Notes: generated by a model from the sequence alone, not told the origin. A stretch of DNA of 64,000 nucleotides from Alphaproteobacteria bacterium (GCA_017616015.1 JAFZYY010000029.1:2101-66100); one strand, 5' to 3'; numbered from the stretch's first letter, positions 39,678-50,363 are shown. Program-made: numbers and translations.

Positions 39678-40253
39678 ATGACGGAAAAAAAGCGTTTGTC
39701 TTTTACACAAAAATTGCCGAATTATTTGACATTTATGCGCATTTTGGTTGTTCCGGGCGTTGTTGCTTCTTTTTCTTTTCCGGGTGTCTTTGCCGCGTGG
39801 GTCGGTTGCGGACTGTTTATGGCGGCGTCCATAACGGACTGGTTTGACGGTTATCTGGCCAGAAAATTTAAGAGCACGTCCAGTCTGGGACGCACGTTCG
39901 ATCCTATCGCGGACAAGCTGTTGGTGGCGGCTACTCTGTTAATGATGGCGGCTTATGATCGTCTGGGATATACGGGGTTGTGGCCCGCGGTGATTATTTT
40001 ATGCCGCGAAGTGCTGGTGTCGGGTTTGCGTGAGTTTCTGGCGGAAATCAAGGTCGGTTTGCCGGTGACGCGTTTGGCTAAGTGGAAAACGGGCATTCAG
40101 ATGGTGGCTATTCCGATGCTGATGGTCGCGGATTATTCGCCGTGGTTTTGCTATTTCGGCGAAGTGGGGGAGATTTTGATTTGGATTGCCGCTTTGCTGA
40201 CCGTCATTACAGGGTATGATTACCTGCGCGCCGGATTGAAGCATCTCGACTAA
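39678..40253 (+). CDS. pgsA: CDP-diacylglycerol–glycerol-3-phosphate 3-phosphatidyltransferase
   Basis: CDP-alcohol phosphatidyltransferase motif DWFDGYLARKFKSTSSLGRTFDPIADK. Confidence 0.85.
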   Translation: MTEKKRLSFTQKLPNYLTFMRILVVPGVVASFSFPGVFAAWVGCGLFMAASITDWFDGYLARKFKSTSSLGRTFDPIADKLLVAATLLMMAAYDRLGYTGLWPAVIILCREVLVSGLREFLAEIKVGLPVTRLAKWKTGIQMVAIPMLMVADYSPWFCYFGEVGEILIWIAALLTVITGYDYLRAGLKHLD

Positions 40254-40356
40254 TCTTGAGGAGCGAGGACATTGGAAAATGTCCGAAGCGAGGCATAGGC
40301 GGAATTGGCTAAGCGGGGAGTCTGCAAAGATGAAAAGCCCGCTGTATAAGTAAAAT

Positions 40357-40758
40357 TTGCTGTGTCTGCGGATTCATTTAAGTAAAAATGACAAAAATAG
40401 AAAGGTCATCATTAGAAAGATTATTTTTTGTTCTTTGGCATTGTTATCCGGTTGTGCCAATTGTTCGGATTATGCAACAGGAAATTTGCTTGTATACAGC
40501 GATTTGAACAGGGTGAAAAACAAGACTGTTTATTATGAAGTGACAGATCCTGCTGTTATTACGGCCAGAGTTAACCGGCAAATCGAAAACGCTTTGATGA
40601 CAAAGGGCTGGCGTATTGTTCCGAAAGACAAGGCCGGATATGTTTATACGGTTTCAACAGATGTTCAAAAATATGCCCGTACGCAGTATTCTGTTGTTTC
40701 GACTGAATGGGGGACGTATGGCGAATCAAGGACATATACATATCATTTCCGTATGTAA
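40357..40758 (+). CDS. Hypothetical lipoprotein (lipobox LALLSGC); possibly the 5' part of a frameshifted gene
   Basis: 133-aa ORF, low GC. Ends in a TAA that is immediately overlapped by a second ORF in the +1 frame. Confidence 0.35.
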   Translation: MLCLRIHLSKNDKNRKVIIRKIIFCSLALLSGCANCSDYATGNLLVYSDLNRVKNKTVYYEVTDPAVITARVNRQIENALMTKGWRIVPKDKAGYVYTVSTDVQKYARTQYSVVSTEWGTYGESRTYTYHFRM

Positions 40759-41039
40759 TTATAGCTATTCGGGATAAGAATAAAAAAGAGAATGTTTACG
40801 AAGGCTATATTAAGCTGGGTGAGCAATATGATTATGAAAACCTGTCTTATGTTTTAAGCAAAGAAAAAATCCAAAATAAATTGTTTGACGATTTTGACAG
40901 ATCAGGAAAAGTTGCTTGTGAAGTTGTATATAATCCGACAACGCAAGAACATGAATTTAAGGATTGCGGGCTTTTAATTGACACTGTGACGGTTGAAAAA
41001 AGGAATTTCCTTAAAGATTTTTTTTCATCTGGGAATTGA
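40707..41039 (+). pseudogene. Second overlapping ORF (110 aa). Either a separate small gene or the 3' part of a frameshifted lipoprotein gene
   Basis: Overlaps the 3' end of the upstream ORF by 52 nt in another frame, with no independent RBS. Confidence 0.25.
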
Positions 41040-41071
41040 AAAAAGTTGGTTAGGCAGAGAAAATAAATAAA

Positions 41072-41097
41072 AAAAAGCCCGCTTTTTAGCGGGCTTT
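41072..41097. terminator. Bidirectional intrinsic terminator
   Basis: AAAAAGCCCGCtttttaGCGGGCTTT. Confidence 0.65.
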
Positions 41098-41101
41098 CTG
41101 T

Positions 41102-42247
41102 TTAGTTGCAAAAATTCTGTTGAGTTAATTTGTCGTACAAATCCTCCGACAGTTTTCGTTCCTCTTCTGAAAACGGCAGAGAAAATGAAAAACCGTTTTC
41201 CTCTTTTTCCTTGTTCGGATCGGTGGGAAACATTTTTATCACGTCTTCTTTGGACAGCTTGCAGATTTTGCTGTAATCGGTCGTTTTGCCTTTGATTTCC
41301 ATCGTGTTTTTGAACGTTATCGTGCAGACATCGTCACTGAACGAGGAAGAAAGTCCTTTGGCTATTTTAACATCGCCGAAAGAGCTGCTTTCCGAACCGG
41401 AATCGTGTTGCTTGTCCCCGTATGCGCAGGCTTTCAGGGCGCCCGACAACCCCATCGTCGAGTATTCCGGAATGTATTTCGCGGTGGCCGGATCTTCGGC
41501 AAAGGAATAAAAATCTATCCACGTTTCGATTTTTTGCACGTGCTTTTTATTCAGAGACAGCTCGAACGGCGGTATTTTTATTTGGCACAAACCGCTTTTG
41601 ACGCCGATTATTTGGGCGGTCATCGAAAAGAACGTAATGTTCTTTTCCGCTTTGGCCGGACGGCAGATTTGCAGACTTTCGATAAAGTCTTTCGGAAGGG
41701 CGAACGTTTTACGCTGCAACCGTTTCATATCCTGATCGGAAAACTTTATCTCTCTCTTTTCGCAGGCTGTCCCGGAAATTTTTTGCCACGCGATGTTCAT
41801 CTTTGTGTTGGTGACGGTCGTTTGCATAGGCTTTTTTTCTTTCGTTCCGTCGGGCTTGGAATAGGTGATGTAAGTCGTGAAGGTTTCCGTGATCCGTTCT
41901 GTCGATTGATCTGTCATCGCGTCATATATGTTCGTCAGCTGTTCGGGCGAAACGGAGCAAACCTGATCGGAAACGACGATGTCGTCCATCTGACTGACGA
42001 TCGAAAAATCGCAGAAGCCCTTTTCGTTTTTACCTTTGACGCGGATAAAGGTCGATATGTCGTCCAGTCCGAAAAACTTTGTGACGGTTTTTAAAATAGG
42101 ATTTGTCGCGCTGAAATCTTCTTCATAAGGCGAGCAGTCTTTTGCGGCGTTCTTTAATTCGTCCGTAAAACGATACAGCGGTGCGGTCTGCGCGTTAGCG
42201 TTAAATGCAAACAAGGAAATAAGCAAAGCGGGCAGACTTTTTTTCAT
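41102..42247 (-). CDS. Secreted Cys-containing repeat protein of unknown function
   Basis: Signal peptide MKKSLPALLISLFAFNANA. Approximately three internal modules, each with conserved Cys pairs. AT-rich. Lies 4 nt downstream of murJ on the same strand. Confidence 0.4.
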   Translation of the reverse strand: MKKSLPALLISLFAFNANAQTAPLYRFTDELKNAAKDCSPYEEDFSATNPILKTVTKFFGLDDISTFIRVKGKNEKGFCDFSIVSQMDDIVVSDQVCSVSPEQLTNIYDAMTDQSTERITETFTTYITYSKPDGTKEKKPMQTTVTNTKMNIAWQKISGTACEKREIKFSDQDMKRLQRKTFALPKDFIESLQICRPAKAEKNITFFSMTAQIIGVKSGLCQIKIPPFELSLNKKHVQKIETWIDFYSFAEDPATAKYIPEYSTMGLSGALKACAYGDKQHDSGSESSSFGDVKIAKGLSSSFSDDVCTITFKNTMEIKGKTTDYSKICKLSKEDVIKMFPTDPNKEKEENGFSFSLPFSEEERKLSEDLYDKLTQQNFCN

Positions 42248-42251
42248 TTTT

Positions 42252-43844
42252 TTATCCTTTTTTTCTGTTCAGGCGGGCTTTTAATTCTTTCAGACTGATG
42301 CCGCCCGTAAGGAATACGGCGGCCGTAAACACGATACCGCCGAAAGCGATCAATCCGGTCAGTATGCCGAAACGGAGCATTTGAGCACTGTGTACCCAAT
42401 CGGGGAAGTAAACGGCGGTTTGCCGGTTAGCAAAAATGACGGCGGCGGTCATCAGGCAGGAAGAAAGCAAAATAGACGCCGTACGCTTTTTAAAAGTGCG
42501 GTCGGTGCGGTGCAAAGCTTTCTTTTTAATGCGCCAGATGTATTGCAACACATTGATCCAAGCGACGATTCCCGTCGCCAAAGCAATGCCGACATAGCCG
42601 AATTTCGGCAGGAAAGCGGCGCAAAGCAGAATGTATAATCCCAAAGCCCAGGCGGCAATTCTGACCGGTGTCGTCGTGTCGCCTCTGGCATAGAAAACGG
42701 GCGCAAGAGTCTTTGTCAGAATATAAGCCGGCAATCCCGCCGCATAAGCGCAGAGAGCGACGGCGGTGTTGACGCTGTCCGTATTCGTAAATTCGCCGCG
42801 CTCGAATAAAACGGAAATGACCGGATAGCTCAAAGCCATCAATCCCGCCATAGACGGCACGGACATCAGTAAAGCGAATTCCAACGCGCGGTTTAAGCTG
42901 TTTTGCGCTTGTTCCGTTTCACCGGCTTTTAACTGACGGGACAGGATAGGCAATAACGCCGTGCCGATCGCCGCGCCGATAATGCCGACCGGCAGTTGAT
43001 ACAACCGGTTTGCATAATACAGCCACGAAATCGCGCCTGTGGACAGAAACGATACGAACAGCGTGTCCAGAAACAAGTTGATTTGATAAATGCCTGATCC
43101 GAACACGCCGGGAATAATGCGTTTCATCAAAAGCTTCAGTTCTTGGGATTTGCGTTTAAAAAACGCGGCGGGGCTCTGCAGTCCGAGCGGCAGTCCCGCG
43201 CGGCGCGTATGCCAGATCAGCCACAATAACTGAAACACGCCCGCCAAAGTCACGCCGGCGGACAAAGCGTAGCCGTAATTGCCGCCGAATAAAGGCGTTA
43301 AAGCAAACAGCGACGCGATCATCGTCAGATTCAACAAAACGGGAGTCAAAGCGGCGGCGGCGAAATAGCCCATTGAATTCAGCATGCCGCTTTGCAAAGA
43401 GTTCAGAGATACCAGCAATAAATAAGGAAACGTAATGCGCGACATGATCACGGCCGCGTCGAACTTCGCCGTGTCTTCGATAAAGCCGGGAGCCTGAACA
43501 ATGATGAACAGCGGCATTGCAATTTCCGCTATCGCCGAAAACAATAAAACGATGTAGAACAGGGCGGAAAAGGCTTCTTCGGCGAATTGGCGGGCGGATT
43601 CCTTTCCTTTGGTTTCCAGTTGTTCCGAAAACAGCGGGACGAAAGCGACGTTGAAGGCGCCTTCGGCAAACAGACTGCGGAACAGATTCGGCAGTTTGAA
43701 CGCGACGAAGAACGCGTCGGCAATCATGCCAGCGCCTAAAAAGTTCGCGATCAAAAGGTCACGGACAAATCCCAGAACGCGGCTGACCATAGTCCAGCCG
43801 CCGACGGTCAGAATCGATTTAATGACTGAAAGAGGTGCTGCCAT
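42252..43844 (-). CDS. murJ: Lipid II flippase MurJ (MviN)
   Basis: …SVIKSILTVGGWTMVSRVLGFVRDLLIANFLGAG… MurJ N-terminus, polytopic. Start assigned at MAAPLSV. The listed ORF extends further upstream, overlapping glnD. Confidence 0.85.
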   Translation of the reverse strand: MAAPLSVIKSILTVGGWTMVSRVLGFVRDLLIANFLGAGMIADAFFVAFKLPNLFRSLFAEGAFNVAFVPLFSEQLETKGKESARQFAEEAFSALFYIVLLFSAIAEIAMPLFIIVQAPGFIEDTAKFDAAVIMSRITFPYLLLVSLNSLQSGMLNSMGYFAAAALTPVLLNLTMIASLFALTPLFGGNYGYALSAGVTLAGVFQLLWLIWHTRRAGLPLGLQSPAAFFKRKSQELKLLMKRIIPGVFGSGIYQINLFLDTLFVSFLSTGAISWLYYANRLYQLPVGIIGAAIGTALLPILSRQLKAGETEQAQNSLNRALEFALLMSVPSMAGLMALSYPVISVLFERGEFTNTDSVNTAVALCAYAAGLPAYILTKTLAPVFYARGDTTTPVRIAAWALGLYILLCAAFLPKFGYVGIALATGIVAWINVLQYIWRIKKKALHRTDRTFKKRTASILLSSCLMTAAVIFANRQTAVYFPDWVHSAQMLRFGILTGLIAFGGIVFTAAVFLTGGISLKELKARLNRKKG

Positions 43845-46326
43845 TGAGAGTGTCCAGTAAAGCTGTTTTAATGTTTTGCATTTGCGTTTCGTCCGTGATT
43901 TTGCGTCCCGCGCGGTCCTTGACATAGAAAACGTCGACGACCCGCGAACCGTAAGTATAAATGTGCGCGGAAACAATATTCAAGTTTAACGTTGTCATCG
44001 TATGCGTTACGGCATGCAGAAAGCCGGTATAGTCCGTTCCGTTGACTTCAATTAAAGAGCAGGAGTCGGACGCCTGGTTATTGATGAAAACGCGGGGCGG
44101 ACTCCACAGGACTTGCGCGGGCGCGGGAGCTTTGGCTCGCTTTTTATTGAGTTTTTCCTCGATTTCAGCCGAATTTGCCGTTTTGATTCCGTTTTGCAGA
44201 CGAAGAATTTTCTTTTCGGAATCGACCGGTTTTTTTTCGTTCAGCATATTCGTTTCCTGAATCAAAAACGAATCCAGAGCCATGCCGTTATCCAGCGTGG
44301 CAATTTGCGCTTCGATAACGGAAACGTCTTCGGTGGCCATCGTGCCGGTGATGTCCGCGAACAATCCGTCGCGGTCGGGAGCCAGCACGATAAACTCCGT
44401 CACGCCGCGGTCGGGATCGGGCGTGACCGCGAACGCGTATTCTTTTTGATCCGCTTTTTCCGCCAGAGCTTTTTGCGCGGGTGTCAGACTGCGCGCGCGG
44501 CTGTCGATACCCTGCATTTTTTCCAAAGCAAACGTGAAAAGCTCTTTTAAAAGCTTGTCTTTGAACGAATTCCAAACGTTCGGGCCGACTGCTTTGATGT
44601 CCGCGACGGTGAGAGCGTAGAGCAGTTTCAGTCGTTCGGGGGACTGAACGACGGTAACAAAATCTTCGATCGTTTTCGGATCGAAAATATCGCGGCGGAA
44701 TGCGGTCTGACTCATGATCAGATGATTGGCAATCAGCCAGACGACCGTTTCGGCGTCGTCTTTTTCAACCCCCAGATCGGACAGGATTTTTTCCGCAAGT
44801 TCCGCGCCTTTTCGCGCGTGATTCCCGCCGCGTCCTTTGCCGACGTCGTGAAGTAGCGTCCCTAAATACAAAGCCAGACGGGATTGCGGCATCATATCCG
44901 TTTCGGACAGATACCCGATCGCTTTGAAGGTGTGTTCGTCCGTCGTATAGACGTGATACATATCAAATTGAACTTGCGCGACGATATTTTGAAATTCGGG
45001 AATCAACCGCCCCAAAATGCCGCATTCGGTCATCAGCCGTAAAGACGTTTCTGGATTATCGGACAGCAGAATGTCAAAGAAAAGCTTTCTTGCTTCGGGC
45101 GTTTTGCGCACGCTCCGGATTAAATTGGCGTTGTCGGAAATCAGTTGTAAAGTCTGCGGATTGATGGACAGGCGCAGTCTTTGTTTTAATTCAAACGCCT
45201 GCAAAAGAGCCAGAGGCGTTTCGTTGAAGTGCAGATGCTCTTTGAAAGCGATACGGTCGTTAATCAGGTAAAAATTGTCTTCGGGCAGGAAAGTCAGCTG
45301 CGGTTCGCCGCTTAAAGCGTCTTTAATCGCGACGGTGATCTGATTGGACAGCTCGCCGACTGTTTTACAAATCAGGTAGTAGTGCTTCATAAACCGTTCG
45401 GCGGCGGATTGCCCCGTCCGGTTGTCATATCCCATTTGTTCGGCGATTTTCGCCTGCGCGTCAAACGTCAGAATATCGCCGGCGCGTCCCGAGATCATAT
45501 GCAGATGACAACGCACGGTCGCCAGAAAACGATGCGCTTTTAAAAACTTGTGACAGGCGACGGGGCTTAAGATTCCCAAATTAATCAGATCGGGCATTTC
45601 CGTAATGCCGAACAGATATTTGGCAAGCCAGAACAACAAGTGCAGATCGCGCAAACCGCCGCGGCTTTCTTTGACATTCGGTTCCAGCATATATTTGGAC
45701 AGTCCCATGCGGCGATAGCGGGCGGAGCGTTCTTCGAATTTGCTTTCGACAAAGTCGCGGCCGCTGCCGTTCGTGCGCAGTTCTTCATAGTGGGAACAAA
45801 AATCGTTAAACAGATCCGGGCTTCCCCAGACCAGACGGCTTTCCAGCATATTGGTGCGGATTGTCATGTCCGATAAAGCCTGCGTGATACAATCGGCCGG
45901 CGTTCGGGCGGCCGCGCCGACTTTCAGTCCGGTGTCCCACAAAGCGGAAGTTACAAAAGACACTACGTCTTCAGCTTTGTCTTTATCGCTTTCGTTCAGT
46001 AAAAACAGAATGTCAATGTCGGAATAAGGAGCCAGCTCTTTTCGTCCGTAGCCGCCGACGGCGACCAGCGCCGTTTCGGGCAGACGCTGACCCCGAAAAA
46101 CGGTTTCGTAAACAAACGTCATCAGTTCGGACAGCGTGTCGTCCAGAGCGTCCGCGTGCGTAAACATCGCTTCCAGTCCGCTGCTTTGCGGCGTGTTCAA
46201 CGCCAACCCCATGGCAACCAGCATTTCGTCCTGCCGCCGTTTCAGAACGCCGACGACGGCTTTCTTTTTGTCGTCGGGAGTTTCAGCGGCGTTCCAGGCC
46301 TGTTCCAAATCGTAACGCAAAGTCAT
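43819..46326 (-). CDS. glnD: Bifunctional [protein-PII] uridylyltransferase/uridylyl-removing enzyme
   Basis: Nucleotidyltransferase region (GGYGRKELAPYSDIDILFL), HD domain (…HDVGKGRGGNH…) and C-terminal ACT domains. 835 aa. Confidence 0.85.
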   Translation of the reverse strand: MTLRYDLEQAWNAAETPDDKKKAVVGVLKRRQDEMLVAMGLALNTPQSSGLEAMFTHADALDDTLSELMTFVYETVFRGQRLPETALVAVGGYGRKELAPYSDIDILFLLNESDKDKAEDVVSFVTSALWDTGLKVGAAARTPADCITQALSDMTIRTNMLESRLVWGSPDLFNDFCSHYEELRTNGSGRDFVESKFEERSARYRRMGLSKYMLEPNVKESRGGLRDLHLLFWLAKYLFGITEMPDLINLGILSPVACHKFLKAHRFLATVRCHLHMISGRAGDILTFDAQAKIAEQMGYDNRTGQSAAERFMKHYYLICKTVGELSNQITVAIKDALSGEPQLTFLPEDNFYLINDRIAFKEHLHFNETPLALLQAFELKQRLRLSINPQTLQLISDNANLIRSVRKTPEARKLFFDILLSDNPETSLRLMTECGILGRLIPEFQNIVAQVQFDMYHVYTTDEHTFKAIGYLSETDMMPQSRLALYLGTLLHDVGKGRGGNHARKGAELAEKILSDLGVEKDDAETVVWLIANHLIMSQTAFRRDIFDPKTIEDFVTVVQSPERLKLLYALTVADIKAVGPNVWNSFKDKLLKELFTFALEKMQGIDSRARSLTPAQKALAEKADQKEYAFAVTPDPDRGVTEFIVLAPDRDGLFADITGTMATEDVSVIEAQIATLDNGMALDSFLIQETNMLNEKKPVDSEKKILRLQNGIKTANSAEIEEKLNKKRAKAPAPAQVLWSPPRVFINNQASDSCSLIEVNGTDYTGFLHAVTHTMTTLNLNIVSAHIYTYGSRVVDVFYVKDRAGRKITDETQMQNIKTALLDTLNGSTSFSH

Positions 46327-49043
46327 GCGTCTTGCTCCGACAACTGTTTCAGTTTATAAAGCGCGTCCAGCGCCTGTTTCGGTGTCAGCTCGTCGGGAGA
46401 AATTTTTTTCAGCTCTTCCAGAACGGGGGACGGACTGACGGATTCCTGCGCGGCGGCTTCCTCCTGCGCTTTAGCCTTTTTCTGCACCAAAGCGAACAAA
46501 GGCAGGTCGTTCATAAAGTTGATTTCGTAAGAGCCTTGTTTTTCCATTTCAGCCAGAACCTGCTTTGCCCGAGCGATCACGGCGGGAGGCAGTCCTGCCA
46601 GGCGCCCGACGTGGATTCCGTAAGACCTGTCCGCCGTGCCTTTGACAACTTCGTGCAGGAAAACGACGTTGTTCTTCCATTCCTTGACGCGCATCGTGTA
46701 AAGCGACAAATGCGAAAGCACTTCCGCTAAAGCGGTCAGTTCGTGATAATGCGTCGCAAACAAGGCGCGGGATTTGTTCACCTCGTGCAGATGTTCGACA
46801 ACCGCCCAGGCGATTGACAACCCGTCAAATGTCGCCGTGCCGCGTCCGATCTCGTCCAGAATGACAAGCGACTTTTCCGTGGACTGGTTCAAAATCGCCG
46901 CCGTTTCAATCATTTCGACCATGAACGTTGACCGGCCGCGCGCCAGATCGTCCGACGCCCCGACACGGGAAAACAATTTATCCACAATGCCGATTTTCGC
47001 CGATTTCGCCGGAACGTAACAGCCGGCCTGCGCCAATACGGCGATCAGCGCATTCTGCCTTAAAAACGTACTTTTGCCCGCCATGTTCGGTCCTGTCATC
47101 AGCCACAGCCGCCCGTCTTTCGTTTCATGATTGCCCAGATGGCAGTCGTTCGTGACGAAATCGGATTCGTGCGCCGCTTTCATCGTTTGTTCGACGACGG
47201 GGTGACGGCCTTTTTCGATATCAAACGCCAGACTGTCCTCTAAAACGGGACGGCAGTAATCATGCTCCTCCGCCGTTTCCGCCAGACCTGACGCGACGTC
47301 CAAAATCGCCAGCACCTGCGCGTCCTGCGCAATCAGGTCGGCTTTGCGCATGACCTGAGTAACCAGATCCGAAAACAGCTCAAGTTCCAGAGTCAAAGCG
47401 CGTTCCGCCGCGCCTTTCAGCTTGTTTTCCAATTCCGACAGCTCGACCGTCGTGAAACGGACGGCGTTCGACATCGTCTGCCTGTGCATGAAAATCGACT
47501 TGCCCTGCCGCGCGTCGTCCAACATTTGCTGAGCGTTTTTAGCCGTGACTTCGATGTAGTAGCCCAAAATGTTGTTGTGCGCGATTTTCAGATTCGACAC
47601 GCCCGCAATTTCCGCATATTTGACTTGCAGGCCGAGCATCATTTGTTTGCTTTGATCGCGCAGTTGCTTTAATTCGTCCAGTTCGGCGGAATACATCGGC
47701 GCGATAAAGCCGCCGTCGCGTGCCAGCAAAGGCAGGTCGTCGGCCAAAGCTTTCGTTAAAGTGTCGGTCAGCTCTTCCGGATTTTTTAAGTTTTTCAGGC
47801 AGCTTTCCACGGCCGGAGGCATACCCAGATCGGAATGAACCGCCTGTTTTAAATCGGGCAACTGTTTTAGGGTGTCGCGAATGACCGCCAGATCCCGGGG
47901 CCCTCCGCGTCCCAAAGACAGTCGTGCCAAAGCGCGTTCCATATCCGGACATTCGGCTAACCGGTCGCGCACGGTCGCGCGAATCAGCGGATTTTTAATG
48001 AAAAACTCAATCCTGTCCAGACGCTGATTGATCGTGTAAATATCGGTCAGGGGAGAGGACAGGTATTGCGATAAAAGTCTTGCGCCCGCGCCGGTGATCG
48101 TCTTGTCGATGCAGGAAAAAAGAGTCGGGCCTTTTTCGGCGGAAAGGGAATGAAACAGCTCTAAATTCCGGCGCGTCGCGGCGTCGATTTCCATCAGCCG
48201 GCCGGACGTGTAATGTTTCAGCGGATTTAAGCGGGGCAACTGCCCTTTCTGCGTCAGTTCGATGTAATCGATCAGAGCCCCCGCGGCGCCCAGTTCGCTT
48301 TTGTTGAAATGCCCGAACGCGTCCAGAGTCTGCACGTCGAAAAACTTTTCCAGCCGCTTTTCCCCGTTTTCGGCCGAGAAACGAACGGCGGGAAGCGGCG
48401 TCAGCAACCGTTTGAATTCGTTGAATGTTTCGAAAAAGTCGGGCGTCTGCAACAGTTTGTCCGACACGATGATTTCTTTCGGTTCCAGCCTTGAAATGCC
48501 GGCGGCCAGAGCGGCTGGCTTTCTGGAAGCGAGCGTCTGCACGGCAAAATCCCCCGTCGACACGTCCGCCCACGCCATGCCGATGCCGTCGGCGGTATCC
48601 GTCAGGGCGACCAGATAGTTGCAGACTCTCGGTTCCAGAATGTTGTCCTCCGTCAGCGTTCCCGGCGTAATCAGCCGAATCACGTCGCGTTTGACCAAAG
48701 CGTTCGACCCGCGGGCTTTGCGGGCTTCGGCCGGATCTTCCATCTGTTCGCAGATCGCGACTTTAAACCCTTTGCGAATCAGGCGGGACAGATAAATTTC
48801 GTGCGAATGAACGGGAACGCCGCACATCGGAATGTCGACTCCTTTTTCCCGTCCGCGCTTGGTCAGAGCGATGTCCAGCGCCGCCGAAGCCGTGATCGCG
48901 TCGTCGAAAAACATCTCGTAAAAATCGCCCATGCGGTAAAACAGCAGATAACCTTCATGCTGGCGCTTGATGTCGAAGTACTGTTGCATCATCGGCGTGG
49001 ATTTCGTTTCGCTGTTTTGTTCCGTCGGCGTTGTTTGATTCAT
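46323..49043 (-). CDS. mutS: DNA mismatch repair protein MutS
   Basis: MMQQYFDIKRQHEGYLLFYRMGDFYEMFFDDA N-terminus. Walker A GPNMAGKST. 906 aa. Confidence 0.9.
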   Translation of the reverse strand: MNQTTPTEQNSETKSTPMMQQYFDIKRQHEGYLLFYRMGDFYEMFFDDAITASAALDIALTKRGREKGVDIPMCGVPVHSHEIYLSRLIRKGFKVAICEQMEDPAEARKARGSNALVKRDVIRLITPGTLTEDNILEPRVCNYLVALTDTADGIGMAWADVSTGDFAVQTLASRKPAALAAGISRLEPKEIIVSDKLLQTPDFFETFNEFKRLLTPLPAVRFSAENGEKRLEKFFDVQTLDAFGHFNKSELGAAGALIDYIELTQKGQLPRLNPLKHYTSGRLMEIDAATRRNLELFHSLSAEKGPTLFSCIDKTITGAGARLLSQYLSSPLTDIYTINQRLDRIEFFIKNPLIRATVRDRLAECPDMERALARLSLGRGGPRDLAVIRDTLKQLPDLKQAVHSDLGMPPAVESCLKNLKNPEELTDTLTKALADDLPLLARDGGFIAPMYSAELDELKQLRDQSKQMMLGLQVKYAEIAGVSNLKIAHNNILGYYIEVTAKNAQQMLDDARQGKSIFMHRQTMSNAVRFTTVELSELENKLKGAAERALTLELELFSDLVTQVMRKADLIAQDAQVLAILDVASGLAETAEEHDYCRPVLEDSLAFDIEKGRHPVVEQTMKAAHESDFVTNDCHLGNHETKDGRLWLMTGPNMAGKSTFLRQNALIAVLAQAGCYVPAKSAKIGIVDKLFSRVGASDDLARGRSTFMVEMIETAAILNQSTEKSLVILDEIGRGTATFDGLSIAWAVVEHLHEVNKSRALFATHYHELTALAEVLSHLSLYTMRVKEWKNNVVFLHEVVKGTADRSYGIHVGRLAGLPPAVIARAKQVLAEMEKQGSYEINFMNDLPLFALVQKKAKAQEEAAAQESVSPSPVLEELKKISPDELTPKQALDALYKLKQLSEQDA

Positions 49044-49121
49044 AGCGTTTCACTTCTTAAACCGTTTGTGTTAGGGTGTAATATATCCGTTTTTAACCTA
49101 TCAATAAAGAAGTGAAATGCA

Positions 49122-50363
49122 ATGACAGAAAACAAAAATACGCTTGAACAGGATTCTCTGACGCTTCACGCTTCCGGTCGTCCCGGAAAGATCGAAATCA
49201 TTCCGACTAAGCCTTTGAATACAAAAAGAGATTTGGCTTTGGCGTATTCCCCCGGCGTTGCCGCGCCGTGTCTGGAAATCGAAAAGAATCCCGATGAGGC
49301 GTTTCGCTATACGGCAAAGGGGAATCTGGTCGCCGTCATTTCAAACGGCACGGCCGTTTTAGGGTTGGGCAGCATAGGTTCTTTAGCCTCCAAGCCTGTT
49401 ATGGAAGGCAAATCCGTTCTGTTTAAAAAATTCGCCGACGTAGATTCGATCGATATCGAAATCAATTCGCTTGATCCCGACAAAGTCGTGGAAACGGCGG
49501 CGCTGATCGGCGATACGTTCGGCGGCATCAATCTGGAAGACATCAAGGCGCCGGAATGTTTCTATATCGAAAGCGAACTGAAAAAGCGTCTGAACATTCC
49601 CGTATTTCATGACGATCAGCACGGGACGGCGGTTGTCGTTGCCGCGGGATTGGTCAACGGATTGGAGCTGACCGGCAAGAAAATCGAAGAAATCAAATTG
49701 GTCGTCAACGGCGCGGGAGCGGCGGCGATCGCGTGCGCTTCCCTGTTGCGGGAATTAGGCGTTAAAAACATTATTATGTGCGATTCCAAAGGCGTGATTT
49801 ACAAAGGCCGCACGGCGGGCATGAATCCGTTTAAAGAATCTTTTGCCGCCGAAACGGACGCGCGCACTCTGGCCGAAGCCGTCAGAGGCGCCGATGTTTT
49901 CTTAGGCTTGTCCGTCAAAGGGGCTTTGACACCGGAAATGGTCAAAACGATGAATAAACAGCCGCTGATTTACGCTCTGGCAAATCCGAATCCCGAAATC
50001 ACGCCGGAAGAAGCTCTGGCCGCCGCGCCGGACGCGATTGTGGCGACCGGACGGTCGGATTATCCGAATCAGGTCAACAACGTGTTGGGCTTCCCGTATA
50101 TTTTCCGCGGCGCGTTAGACGTCAGAGCGTCGCAGATCAACGAGAAGATGAAACTGGCGGCGGCGCACGCTCTGGCCGAATTGGCGCGGGCGGACGGGTT
50201 GTCAAAAGACAAAATCATTCCGTCCCCGTTTGACGATCGTCTGATCGAAACGGTGCCGGTCGCAGTGGCCAAAACCGCTTGCAAAACGGGCGTCGCGCAA
50301 AAGCCGATTGAAGATTGGGACGCTTACCGCGCGCAATTAAAAACCCGCGTCAGAAAAGGATAA
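49122..50363 (+). CDS. NAD(P)-dependent malic enzyme (short form, no PTA domain)
   Basis: …[14 protein letters not shown]…[20 protein letters not shown]…[11 protein letters not shown]…, the malic enzyme signature. 413 aa. Confidence 0.85.
   Translation: MTENKNTLEQDSLTLHASGRPGKIEIIPTKPLNTKRDLALAYSPGVAAPCLEIEKNPDEAFRYTAKGNLVAVISNGTAVLGLGSIGSLASKPVMEGKSVLFKKFADVDSIDIEINSLDPDKVVETAALIGDTFGGINLEDIKAPECFYIESELKKRLNIPVFHDDQHGTAVVVAAGLVNGLELTGKKIEEIKLVVNGAGAAAIACASLLRELGVKNIIMCDSKGVIYKGRTAGMNPFKESFAAETDARTLAEAVRGADVFLGLSVKGALTPEMVKTMNKQPLIYALANPNPEITPEEALAAAPDAIVATGRSDYPNQVNNVLGFPYIFRGALDVRASQINEKMKLAAAHALAELARADGLSKDKIIPSPFDDRLIETVPVAVAKTACKTGVAQKPIEDWDAYRAQLKTRVRKG

Noticed and set aside
40290-40364. 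24-codon ORF (MSEARHRRNWLSGESAKMKSPLYK) starting in the inverted repeat after pgsA
   Set aside because: Very short, with a weak RBS and no conservation evidence available. Not reportable as a gene.
44113-44575. 145-aa plus-strand and 95-aa minus-frame Arg-rich ORFs inside glnD
   Set aside because: Alternate-frame artefacts within a well-supported 835-aa glnD CDS.
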